32,000 bases of DNA, taken from Thermofilum pendens Hrk 5 (GTDB lineage: Archaea; Thermoproteota; Thermoprotei; Thermofilales; Thermofilaceae). The stretch covers positions 1,740,001 through 1,772,000 of the forward strand of contig NC_008698.1 in the NCBI RefSeq assembly GCF_000015225.1. The letters are read 5' to 3'. Position numbers and translations under genes: made by a program. The notes beneath the pieces are model-generated. The model did no database searches. It was not told the origin of the DNA and worked only from the letters and a program-made list of their open reading frames with translations. Position 1 is the stretch's first letter. Every line of letters starts with the position of its first letter. This document shows, one piece after another, positions 8,148 through 15,765 of this stretch.

Positions 8148-9707
8148 CTAGCCTCCGGTCATCTGCTTTAGCAACGACTGCACCTTTAGGTACTTTGCCC
8201 TCGCCGCGCTTGTCCAGTCGTTCATCAGCCTCTGGTATATGGAGGGGTCGCTGGCGAGCTTCGGGCTTATCTTTATAGCGTAGTCGAGCGTGAAGGTCGT
8301 CTGTTGCCCAGTAAGCGGGTCCGTGAACGTAACGAAGTCTGTCAGCTGCGTGACTAGTTGTTGGAACTGCGCCTCGGTTATCTTCTTATCCCTGTAAGCC
8401 TTCACTATCTGGGCCCAGACGGGCTGAAGGTCGTCGTGCGCGTTTACGAGCGTCGCCTTGAAGTAGTCTACAACGGCGGTAACCCACGCGGAGGAGAGTG
8501 ACTCGTTGAACGCTATACCCCCGGCGTTGATAACGTCCTCAAGTGCTTTCTTCAAGTCGGGTCTCCGGGCGCCCTGCGGCGTGTCGAAAACCCTCGGGTT
8601 TATCGGGAGCCTGTTTATGTTCGGGTCAAGCCACACCAGCTGTCCTCCCGTCTCGTTGAGAACCCAGGCCACGAAGGCGGCGGCCGCTTCGGGGTGCCGC
8701 GAACCCTTAAGGATCGCTATGGGGTCTGCGTTCACTATGCTCTCGCCTGGCGGTATTATGTAGAGGCACGAGGGGTTCTGCTGCTGCGCCGTGTAGCCGT
8801 AGAAGTCTATCGTAGTACCTATCGCGATATCCCCGCGTATGACAGCGTCTCTTACGTCGCTACTACCGCTGAATATCTTGGAGTTCGCCGCGATGAGCGT
8901 GAGTGTGCGCCAACCCTTATCCCACCCGTACGCCTGGAGTATAATCTCGAATATCCTGGTATTGCTCGTGCTCATCGTGGGGTCTGCTATTCCTACGAGC
9001 TGTAGCGCGGGCAACGTCACGGCGTACGCGGGGTTCCCGAGATCCGCCCAGCGCTGAGGCATTGGTAGCTTATACCTGTTGAGAAGATCCCTGTTTACCG
9101 TGAAGCCGAAGCTACTCACGCTCGCGCCTATCCAGTGTATCTTTCCGTCACTTCCAACCTTGTACGTCTCCGCCCCTGCAATCGTCTTGGGTAGCTTGGC
9201 GACCTCGTCCATCACTATCTTGAACTCTGGGTGCTTGTCCAAGTCTATCGGCTCGATCAAGCCCATGTCGTCTATCAGGTTGAACAGCGTTGGTCCACCT
9301 CCCCAGGCGACGTCTATACCCTGCCCCTTCTGGGCGGCGTTCTTGATATAGTCGGGCCACTGCTCCGCGTTTATAGGCAGGAAGACTATGTTCTTGATGT
9401 TGTACTTTTTCGCCACGCTACTACTAAGGAACATTGTTCTCGTCAAGTCTTGGATTGTCTGCTCGTGCCGTGTTATAACGTAAAGGGTTATACCCTCACC
9501 CGCGGGTGGCTGCTGGGTCTGGTTAGCCGGCGGCTTCGTGGAAGGCGTTTGATTAACAGGTCCAGGGGAAGGCTGCTGGGTCTGGTTAGCCGGCGGAGCG
9601 CTCGGAGGGGCTTTCTGCTGTAGGACTACCAGAGCTACTCCCAGGGCTACGAGTACGAGTACTGCTAGTACCAGGAGAACCTTGCTGTTCATCCGACCAC
9701 CTGACAA
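8148..9707 (-). CDS. ABC transporter substrate-binding protein (Fe3+/thiamine/polyamine-type class), N-terminally membrane-anchored
   Basis: N-terminal TM helix KVLLVLAVLVLVALGVALVVL, then a Pro/Gln/Thr linker with two PPANQTQQP units, then an approximately 430-aa solute-binding-like domain (ITLYVITRHE..., IDVAWGGGPTLF...). Sits directly upstream of the cognate permease and ATPase genes. AGGTGG lies 7 nt upstream of the ATG. Confidence 0.88.
   Translation of the reverse strand: MSGGRMNSKVLLVLAVLVLVALGVALVVLQQKAPPSAPPANQTQQPSPGPVNQTPSTKPPANQTQQPPAGEGITLYVITRHEQTIQDLTRTMFLSSSVAKKYNIKNIVFLPINAEQWPDYIKNAAQKGQGIDVAWGGGPTLFNLIDDMGLIEPIDLDKHPEFKIVMDEVAKLPKTIAGAETYKVGSDGKIHWIGASVSSFGFTVNRDLLNRYKLPMPQRWADLGNPAYAVTLPALQLVGIADPTMSTSNTRIFEIILQAYGWDKGWRTLTLIAANSKIFSGSSDVRDAVIRGDIAIGTTIDFYGYTAQQQNPSCLYIIPPGESIVNADPIAILKGSRHPEAAAAFVAWVLNETGGQLVWLDPNINRLPINPRVFDTPQGARRPDLKKALEDVINAGGIAFNESLSSAWVTAVVDYFKATLVNAHDDLQPVWAQIVKAYRDKKITEAQFQQLVTQLTDFVTFTDPLTGQQTTFTLDYAIKISPKLASDPSIYQRLMNDWTSAARAKYLKVQSLLKQMTGG
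9508..9533 (-). repeat. 26-nt coding repeat, copy A (encodes PPANQTQQP)
   Basis: GGCTGCTGGGTCTGGTTAGCCGGCGG, identical to copy B 63 nt away. Its reverse complement translates to P-P-A-N-Q-T-Q-Q-P within the SBP linker. Confidence 0.95.
9571..9596 (-). repeat. 26-nt coding repeat, copy B (encodes PPANQTQQP)
   Basis: Perfect copy of 9508-9533. Confidence 0.95.
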
Positions 9708-9746
9708 CTTCTTTCTACTTGGCAGTATATTTTCATTTCGATGGAG

Positions 9747-9762
9747 AAAGAAAACGAAAAAA
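9747..9762 (-). terminator. Oligo-T tract after the 396-aa surface-protein gene
   Basis: The minus strand reads TTTTTTCGTTTTCTTT starting 5 nt after the stop at 9767. Confidence 0.45.
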
Positions 9763-9766
9763 TTCT

Positions 9767-10957
9767 TTACTTAGACGCCGCTTTCGGCTTCTTGAGGAAG
9801 AGCAGGGCTATCAGCGCGATTATGAGGATTGCCTCTACTATCACGAGTACTGTCAGCAGGTTAACGGTGCCTGTAAGCGCGTCTACCGAGGCTTTGAGTG
9901 TGTTCACGTCGCTTTTAACGGTTTGCAGATCTCCCTGCATCTTCTGGATTAGACCTCCCTGGGAGGACACCTGGGAGCTTACCTGGTTGACCGTGCTAGT
10001 CAGGGAGGAGACAGTGTTCGACAGGTCGACGACTTTCCTCTCGATAGGTCCCGTCGTGAGCAACTTTATCCACCACTTCACCAGGTTCTGGACGAAGAGG
10101 GGTCCATCGAGCTGGACGCCGTAGTAGTAGGAGGACCAGGCCGGCTCGTAGTCTCCGTAGAGGGACTCACCGGCCACGACGACCAGGCTGTTAACGTCGC
10201 TGAAATACTCGGCCGCGTACATCACGAAGTCGTGGTCCCCGGTTCCCTTACCGTAGGTCATCGGGTCGTACACGTAGGGTAGGGGCGGGGTGTTATCGCC
10301 TATATAGGCCTTGTGGGCCCAGACTATTCTGATAAGCCCTGGGAAGGTCTCCTTGACGGGGTCGTGGTACTTCCCCTGCGCGTCCTGCCATATAACACAG
10401 CCGGGGCCGTGCATTATGATTGGCCTCGTGATGCCCTGCTTGATGATGTTCGTGAAGAGCCCTGGAACATTGTCTGGTTCCACGAAGGCGAGCATCCTGT
10501 AGTACGCTTTTGCAGTCATGTTAGGATTATCGCTGTATACAGCGCCGTGCTCGAGCCTGAGCTTCGTGCCTATACCTGCGAGCAAGTCGTTGAGCTGCAG
10601 GACGGTCTTCTGACCGGGGCCGTAGTCGCTGTCTCCTCCAACGTATAGAACCTTGTTGCCCGAGAACAGCCAGTTCTTGATCGCCTGTATCTCGTCGGGG
10701 GAGAAGGCGACCGTGGGCTGCCCTAGTAGCAGGATGTCCACGCCTTTAAGTACGTCCGGCGTTATTGTTCCGTTGATAACTTTCCACTGGACGTAGGTTA
10801 TGTTCCCCATGATATACTTCAGGTACTTGTTACTCTCGCCGTGCCCTAAGTCTACAGCGATCGTAACTGGCTGGGCGGCAACGTTGCCTGCGAGGGCTAC
10901 GAGAACGAACAAGGCTACAAGTACCAGCAGGAGGTTCCTGTTGCTCATGCTTATCAA
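9767..10957 (-). CDS. Secreted, C-terminally membrane-anchored protein: DUF4350-like domain plus coiled-coil stalk
   Basis: Signal peptide LLLVLVALFVLVALAGNVAA|QP. DUF4350-like segment IAVDLGHGESN...GVDILLLGQPTVAFSPDEIQAIKNWLFSGNKVLYVGGDSD. Ser/Thr/Gln/Val-rich heptad-like region (nt 9860-10045), then TM helix VLVIVEAILIIALIALLFL followed by KKPKAASK. Start is TTG 10957 or ATG 10948. Confidence 0.8.
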   Translation of the reverse strand: MISMSNRNLLLVLVALFVLVALAGNVAAQPVTIAVDLGHGESNKYLKYIMGNITYVQWKVINGTITPDVLKGVDILLLGQPTVAFSPDEIQAIKNWLFSGNKVLYVGGDSDYGPGQKTVLQLNDLLAGIGTKLRLEHGAVYSDNPNMTAKAYYRMLAFVEPDNVPGLFTNIIKQGITRPIIMHGPGCVIWQDAQGKYHDPVKETFPGLIRIVWAHKAYIGDNTPPLPYVYDPMTYGKGTGDHDFVMYAAEYFSDVNSLVVVAGESLYGDYEPAWSSYYYGVQLDGPLFVQNLVKWWIKLLTTGPIERKVVDLSNTVSSLTSTVNQVSSQVSSQGGLIQKMQGDLQTVKSDVNTLKASVDALTGTVNLLTVLVIVEAILIIALIALLFLKKPKAASK

Positions 10958-10973
10958 GAAGAAGACTCCCGGG

Positions 10974-10989
10974 GTATATATAAATAAAA
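10974..10989 (-). promoter_or_regulatory. TATA box for the 396-aa surface-protein gene
   Basis: The minus strand reads TTTTATTTATATATAC, centred about 25-33 nt upstream of the TTG/ATG starts. Confidence 0.55.
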
Positions 10990-11004
10990 CGCTTTATTTT
11001 ATAG

Positions 11005-13125
11005 CTACTCCCTGCGCCTCCTCAGCAACGCCACTACAAGGATTGCCGCCGCGACTACAACTAGCGAAGCCCCCACGAGTAGGAGTGGCGATAAGGGTTG
11101 CGCAGGCTTCACCTCCTGTGCAGGCGGTTGCTCGGCTACCGGTGGTTGTTGCGTCTGCGGAGGAGTGGACGGTTGCTGGGTCTGGTTAGCCGGAGGCTGC
11201 TGGGGCACCTGTTGCTGTGGCGGAGCTTCGTAGCTCACGGTGTACTCTCCGGCCGCCTGGTTCCCGCTCCAGTCGTAGGCCGTGAACTTTAGCTTTACGC
11301 TCTGCACGTTTTCGAGGGGCGGGATTGTCAGCTTGTAAACGTAGGAAGTCACGGGCGCCGCGATCGTCGTGGGAGAGTAGAGCTGAGGCGTTAGCTGGTA
11401 CTCCTTGCCTCCCGCGGTGTAGCTAGCCGTGAAGTTCTTTACGCCCCACCCTTGGTCGCTCACCTCTACGAAGAGGTTGACTGTGGAGCCCGGCTGGGGC
11501 TTCTCTGGGAGCATCATCTTCACCTTTATGCTCGGCGGTTGCGTGTCGGGAGAGTTGTAGACAGCTACTTCGAGCCTACCCTTGTACGGCAGCTTTACGT
11601 GGAGAGCCAGGTAGACTTTATCGCGGACTACGAGCTTGTCGAGAAGCTGGAGGTCCGCCCCTCCCTCGGCTCTCAGAACCTTGACGTTGACGTCCCCGGC
11701 CCACGGCAGGCACCACACGACGTTGTTCTCGAGGTTGAGGTACGGCAACCTGTTCTCCACGGTGAAGACGTACGCGTTCCCCGACTGCAGGAACACTGCA
11801 GGCGTGAATACCTGGTTCGATACGCCGTAGTTGTTCCTAGGCGGGTATATGCCCACCGGGATAGAGTTCTGCGCGAGCTTTCTCGTGTCGTTGGCAAACC
11901 CTATGAACGTGCTCGGCTTTACCGGGAAGTCGAGTGCGCCGCTCGAGAGGTCTAGCACGTAGTAGTCGAGCCCATCGTATATCGCTGAACCCATTCCGAG
12001 GGTGGTTATCGTGATGAAGTACGTCGTAGAGCCCGTCCTCGTGCTAGTATACTTGACGAAGAGATCCCTGTGGACGTGCCCCGAGAACACGTAGTTGACC
12101 CTGTAGTCCTCCACCATTCTGAGGAAGGTTCTAACGGCCTCCATGTTCGTGCTCCAGTACGAGGATACCGGCGAGTTCGGGTTCTTCTGGGGGTCGTAGG
12201 GAGCGATGACGTTTTGGTCGTCGTAGCGCGTCTTCAGCTCTCCCTGGAAGTAGAACACGGGGTGGTGGACTAGGACTATCTTCACGGGGACCGCCTTGTT
12301 GCTCTCGAGAACCTGCCCCGCCCACTGGAGTTGCTCCATGGGCGGGTAGCCCTGCTCCGGCGAGAAGAGTCCTACCACGAGGAGCTTGTCGCCGATGAGC
12401 CTGTACCAGTAGGTGTCCCCGTAGTATTTGTAGAAGTTGTCGGGCGGGTGGTCGTGGTTGCCGGGGACGGCGAATATCGGGAAGCTGTAGAGGAACGCCT
12501 GCTCGTACGAGACCGCCTGCGCGTACTGGTCCTCCGAGGCTGTGTCGGCTATGTCCCCCGTATCTATTACCAGGTCGGGCCCGAGGAGCGATGCCACTAG
12601 GTAGCCGGCGAAGCGGTTCATGTCCCCGGTTATCACGTCTGGTTGCCCGGCTCCGTAGTGCTGGTCGCTTACGTGGACTATTCTCAGCTTCGTGGGGGTG
12701 CTCGGAAGCACCCAGACGCTTCTAGGCATCTCCACGGTAGACTGCCCCTTAATCACCAGGTCGTAGAGCCCTCCCTCGACGTTCGAAGGCAATGTAACGG
12801 TATACGTAGACCCGGACCCGCTGACGCTCACGGTGTAGTTCCTTATCTTCAGGCCGGAGTCGTAAACCACGGTGTATATGTAGGCAGAGGCTACTGCTCC
12901 GGGCTGGTACCCATCCTTGAAGACTACCTGGAAGGAGCCACCCGGGAAGACAACCGCCGGCTTCCCGAGGCCGACGTTCTTAGCCGGGGCTACTGTGGAG
13001 AGCTTGAGAATACCCGGTAGCTGTGGTTGAGCCCAGGCTATCGGCGCCGCGGGGAGTAGTAGAACTACGAGGATGAAGGCGATGAGGAGTCCGCAGGTTT
13101 TTCTAAGGGCTTTTTCGCTCCTCAT
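11005..13125 (-). CDS. Extracellular, C-terminally membrane-anchored calcineurin-like metallophosphoesterase
   Basis: Signal peptide ...LLLPAAPIAWA|QPQ. Metallophosphoesterase motifs VHVSDQHYG, DTGDIAD, VPGNHD, VLVHHP, SGHVHRD. Beta-rich N- and C-terminal flanking domains. Linker PQQQVPQQPPANQTQQPSTPPQTQQPP, then TM helix followed by RRRRE. Confidence 0.88.
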   Translation of the reverse strand: MRSEKALRKTCGLLIAFILVVLLLPAAPIAWAQPQLPGILKLSTVAPAKNVGLGKPAVVFPGGSFQVVFKDGYQPGAVASAYIYTVVYDSGLKIRNYTVSVSGSGSTYTVTLPSNVEGGLYDLVIKGQSTVEMPRSVWVLPSTPTKLRIVHVSDQHYGAGQPDVITGDMNRFAGYLVASLLGPDLVIDTGDIADTASEDQYAQAVSYEQAFLYSFPIFAVPGNHDHPPDNFYKYYGDTYWYRLIGDKLLVVGLFSPEQGYPPMEQLQWAGQVLESNKAVPVKIVLVHHPVFYFQGELKTRYDDQNVIAPYDPQKNPNSPVSSYWSTNMEAVRTFLRMVEDYRVNYVFSGHVHRDLFVKYTSTRTGSTTYFITITTLGMGSAIYDGLDYYVLDLSSGALDFPVKPSTFIGFANDTRKLAQNSIPVGIYPPRNNYGVSNQVFTPAVFLQSGNAYVFTVENRLPYLNLENNVVWCLPWAGDVNVKVLRAEGGADLQLLDKLVVRDKVYLALHVKLPYKGRLEVAVYNSPDTQPPSIKVKMMLPEKPQPGSTVNLFVEVSDQGWGVKNFTASYTAGGKEYQLTPQLYSPTTIAAPVTSYVYKLTIPPLENVQSVKLKFTAYDWSGNQAAGEYTVSYEAPPQQQVPQQPPANQTQQPSTPPQTQQPPVAEQPPAQEVKPAQPLSPLLLVGASLVVVAAAILVVALLRRRRE
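11171..11196 (-). repeat. 26-nt coding repeat, copy C (24/26 identical to copies A/B; encodes PPANQTQQP)
   Basis: GGTTGCTGGGTCTGGTTAGCCGGAGG shares a 20-nt perfect core (TGCTGGGTCTGGTTAGCCGG) with 9508-9533 and 9571-9596. It lies in the C-terminal linker of the phosphoesterase gene. Confidence 0.9.
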
Positions 13126-13155
13126 ACAAACCTATAAGCGCTTTGCAACATTTAT

Positions 13156-13803
13156 TCATTGCTTTACAATCTTCTCGAGCGCTATCCTTGAAACTGAAAA
13201 CGCTAGACCCTCGGGGTCTACCCATACGGGGTACACGCTGCTCCTCCCGAAGGCGTAGTCGCCGGTAAGCCTGGAGACGTACGGCTTTACGAGGGGGAAG
13301 CTGTCCCCCAGGAGTCTGGCTACCCCTTCTCGTATCCCTGCGGGAACCCTTTCCCTCGGGATCTCCTCCAGGAGGTTACCTAAGACAGACCTCAACCTCG
13401 CCGTCCAGACATCCGCGACGAAGCCGTTGTACAGCTCGCCCGGCGAGGAGAGGTAGCCCGGGATCGCGCCTATGTCCAGGCTTACCTCGCCCTTCTCGGA
13501 GACGTAAGCTACCCTACCGCAGTCCACCGTGTATACTCTTAGGCATACGATGTAGCCTCCCGAGAGGTTCCTGGCGGCCGTTACTCTGAAGTAAGCCCTC
13601 CTACCCTCGTATAGCACCGAAACCGTCCTGCTACCCGTCTTCACAGGGGTTATGGGGAGCCCTGCGAGCGCGGCTTTCACGAGCGCCTCCACGGCTATCT
13701 CCGACAGGCTTCTCCCAACGATGGACTCTACGAGACCCGCTACGTCGTCGCCCGAAGCCTGCACACCTTTCCAGGTAACCCTCAAAGCTTTATCTTTTCC
13801 CAT
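13156..13803 (-). CDS. Hypothetical protein, coupled to xpd (no recognisable domain)
   Basis: 215-aa ORF with coding-like composition. ATG 13803 overlaps the xpd stop (13782) by 22 nt. An alternative GTG at 13764 would leave a 17-nt gap. I recognised no motif. Confidence 0.6.
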   Translation of the reverse strand: MGKDKALRVTWKGVQASGDDVAGLVESIVGRSLSEIAVEALVKAALAGLPITPVKTGSRTVSVLYEGRRAYFRVTAARNLSGGYIVCLRVYTVDCGRVAYVSEKGEVSLDIGAIPGYLSSPGELYNGFVADVWTARLRSVLGNLLEEIPRERVPAGIREGVARLLGDSFPLVKPYVSRLTGDYAFGRSSVYPVWVDPEGLAFSVSRIALEKIVKQ

Positions 13804-15635
13804 GGAGGTTCAACAGAGTCGAGATCCTGCGACTTTACCTCCACCGCGAGCTCCCGCACGTAGTCCGGAAGCAACCCCATGTAGTTCCTATACCTTGAAT
13901 CGCCTAGAACTATGACCGCTTGGTCCCTCGGGCTTCTCAACGCCCTCCCGATAGCCTGGCTAGCCCTCCTCAGGGCTGGGTACACGTACGCGTAAAGCCT
14001 CCCCTTCTCGGGGCCGTAGAGCTCCTCGTAGTACTTTATGTATAGGTTTGTCTTCGTCGTAGGCTTCTCGAACGGGATACCCGCCAGGAAGACGCACATT
14101 AGCTCCTCTCCCGGGAAGTCCGCGCCCTCTGCGAACCTGCCTCCCATCGGGGCCAGGAGGAGCCCCCTCCCCTCCGCGGCGAGGTTTTTGAACTTCTCGA
14201 GAGCTGCGCCTGCCTCCTGCCCGGACATATCCCTCCGCTCAACGACAACCTCGTAGCCGAGCCTTTCGGCCTCCTCCTTTAAGCCAGCCTCGAGAAGCCT
14301 CTGCAGAACCCTGTAGCTAGCAGTGAACACGGCGCTGTTCCTCTTAACCCTGCCTAAAACCCTGCCGACAGCCGAGACGTACCTCTCGGCCATCTCCTCG
14401 GAGAGCTCCTCACCCCGCGTCGTCAGGTCCTTTACGAGGTAGACAGAGGCGTTTGTCTCGTCGTAGGGGCTCGGAACGGTTACCGGGGTGTAGTCGCTTA
14501 ACCCCACAGTCTCGGCGAAGGCTTCGATCGGCGAGAGAGTCCCGGACATGAAGATCACCCTTCTAAACCTCCTCCAGACGCCCGAGAGTATCTCCCCGGA
14601 CCTCATGTCCCATATATTGAGGTGGACTCTGCCGTCGACCTTCTCGGCTATGAGCGCTATGCCCTTCACGCCTTCGAGGTCGACGGCCTTCCGGAGGAAT
14701 TCCGCCAAGTGGTGGGCGCTACTGCGGGGCCTCGCGCCGCTCCTGTACCTCTTCTCCCTGACAAGTTCGCCGAGCCGCAGAGTCTTTTCGATGATGTCTT
14801 CGTCGAAGCCGTCGAGGAGGTCCTCCGCACGGAAGACCTCGGACCCCTCCTCCGGTAGGGAGCCGTACTTCTCCCTAACCTTCGCCTCGAGCGCCTCCAC
14901 GAACCCGTACACCTCTTCGTCCCCCATCTCGGCGGCTTCCTCCTTGGCCCTCGCGATAGTCCCCTCCGTCACGGTGTCTCCGCCGAGGTTGAGTTCTTGG
15001 AGGTTGTGCGCCTCGTCGACTACGAGTATGGACTGGCTAGTCGGGAAAGCTCCTCTAAGGGTCCACGAGAGATCTTCGTCCACGACGTAGTTGTAGCTCA
15101 GGGCGACGAGGTCCGCGACTTTGAGCAACTCCCGCTGGAGGAAGTACGGGCAGACCCCCTCTCTTCTCGCCCACTCGAACACATCCCTGTAAGTTAGGGC
15201 GCCCCTCTCAAGGAGCTCGGAGTAGTCCACGCCTTCCTGCAGCCTCCTGTAGTACTTGCACCTCCTCCTTTCGCGGCTACATATGTACGATACCTCGCTG
15301 TAGTCGAGTTGCCCGCCCCTCTCCCCGGCCAGCAGGCACATGTCCTTCTTCCCGCGCAACCCGACTGCGACGAACCTCGCGCCCGACTTCTCCCTGAAGA
15401 CCCTGAACTCCTCGACCGGCCTGTCGGTCTCGCTACCCGTCCTCACCGCCCATACGACCCTCCCCCCGCGCTCCATGAATGGTAGAAGGGCGTAGATGAC
15501 GACCGGTGTCTTGCCGAAGCCCGTAGGCGCCTCCAGCACGACGTTCCCGCGTTTCAACAGCTCTACGATCTTCTCGGCAACCTCCAGCTGGTGCCTCCTG
15601 GGCTTGTAGGGAAACGCGTACCTGCCGGTAACCAA
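13782..15635 (-). CDS. xpd: XPD/Rad3-type 5'-3' DNA helicase with FeS domain
   Basis: Walker A EAPTGFGKT; DEAH box VVDEAHNL; four FeS-domain cysteines (KDMCLL, YICSRERRRCKYY, GVCPYF); C-terminal helicase motif QAIGRALRSPRD. 617 aa. TTG start has a TATA-like GTTTTTAAGG about 30 nt upstream. Confidence 0.93.
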   Translation of the reverse strand: MVTGRYAFPYKPRRHQLEVAEKIVELLKRGNVVLEAPTGFGKTPVVIYALLPFMERGGRVVWAVRTGSETDRPVEEFRVFREKSGARFVAVGLRGKKDMCLLAGERGGQLDYSEVSYICSRERRRCKYYRRLQEGVDYSELLERGALTYRDVFEWARREGVCPYFLQRELLKVADLVALSYNYVVDEDLSWTLRGAFPTSQSILVVDEAHNLQELNLGGDTVTEGTIARAKEEAAEMGDEEVYGFVEALEAKVREKYGSLPEEGSEVFRAEDLLDGFDEDIIEKTLRLGELVREKRYRSGARPRSSAHHLAEFLRKAVDLEGVKGIALIAEKVDGRVHLNIWDMRSGEILSGVWRRFRRVIFMSGTLSPIEAFAETVGLSDYTPVTVPSPYDETNASVYLVKDLTTRGEELSEEMAERYVSAVGRVLGRVKRNSAVFTASYRVLQRLLEAGLKEEAERLGYEVVVERRDMSGQEAGAALEKFKNLAAEGRGLLLAPMGGRFAEGADFPGEELMCVFLAGIPFEKPTTKTNLYIKYYEELYGPEKGRLYAYVYPALRRASQAIGRALRSPRDQAVIVLGDSRYRNYMGLLPDYVRELAVEVKSQDLDSVEPPWEKIKL

Positions 15636-15765
15636 GCCTACCGGCTATCCCGTGCACGCCACCTTAAAAACGTAACGAACTCGTTGAAAGCCTCCGACTG
15701 CCAAATTCTTAGCACAAGGTTTTTACACTTTGGGGAGATGCGTTTTTCGCGCGTCGGGGAGGAAC

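Noticed and set aside
9508-9596. Two perfect 26-nt direct repeats with a 37-nt spacer, considered as a mini-CRISPR array
   Set aside because: There are only two local copies. Both lie in-frame inside a long, well-supported CDS and encode a low-complexity linker. The third copy lies in another CDS. There is no leader or cas context.
14548-15090. 180-aa plus-strand ORF antisense to xpd
   Set aside because: Its translation is Ser/Pro/Thr-rich and low-complexity, and it lies wholly within the strongly supported helicase CDS. It is an antisense shadow ORF.
11005-15635. A phosphoesterase + unknown ORF + DinG/XPD-like helicase trio that looks superficially like a nuclease-helicase defence module
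   Set aside because: The phosphoesterase has a signal peptide, a glycosylation-type stalk and a C-terminal TM anchor, so it should be extracellular. It also appears to have its own promoter. The helicase has all the hallmarks of housekeeping archaeal XPD (four-Cys FeS domain, divergent from sua5). Only the xpd-coupled ORF is retained as a finding.
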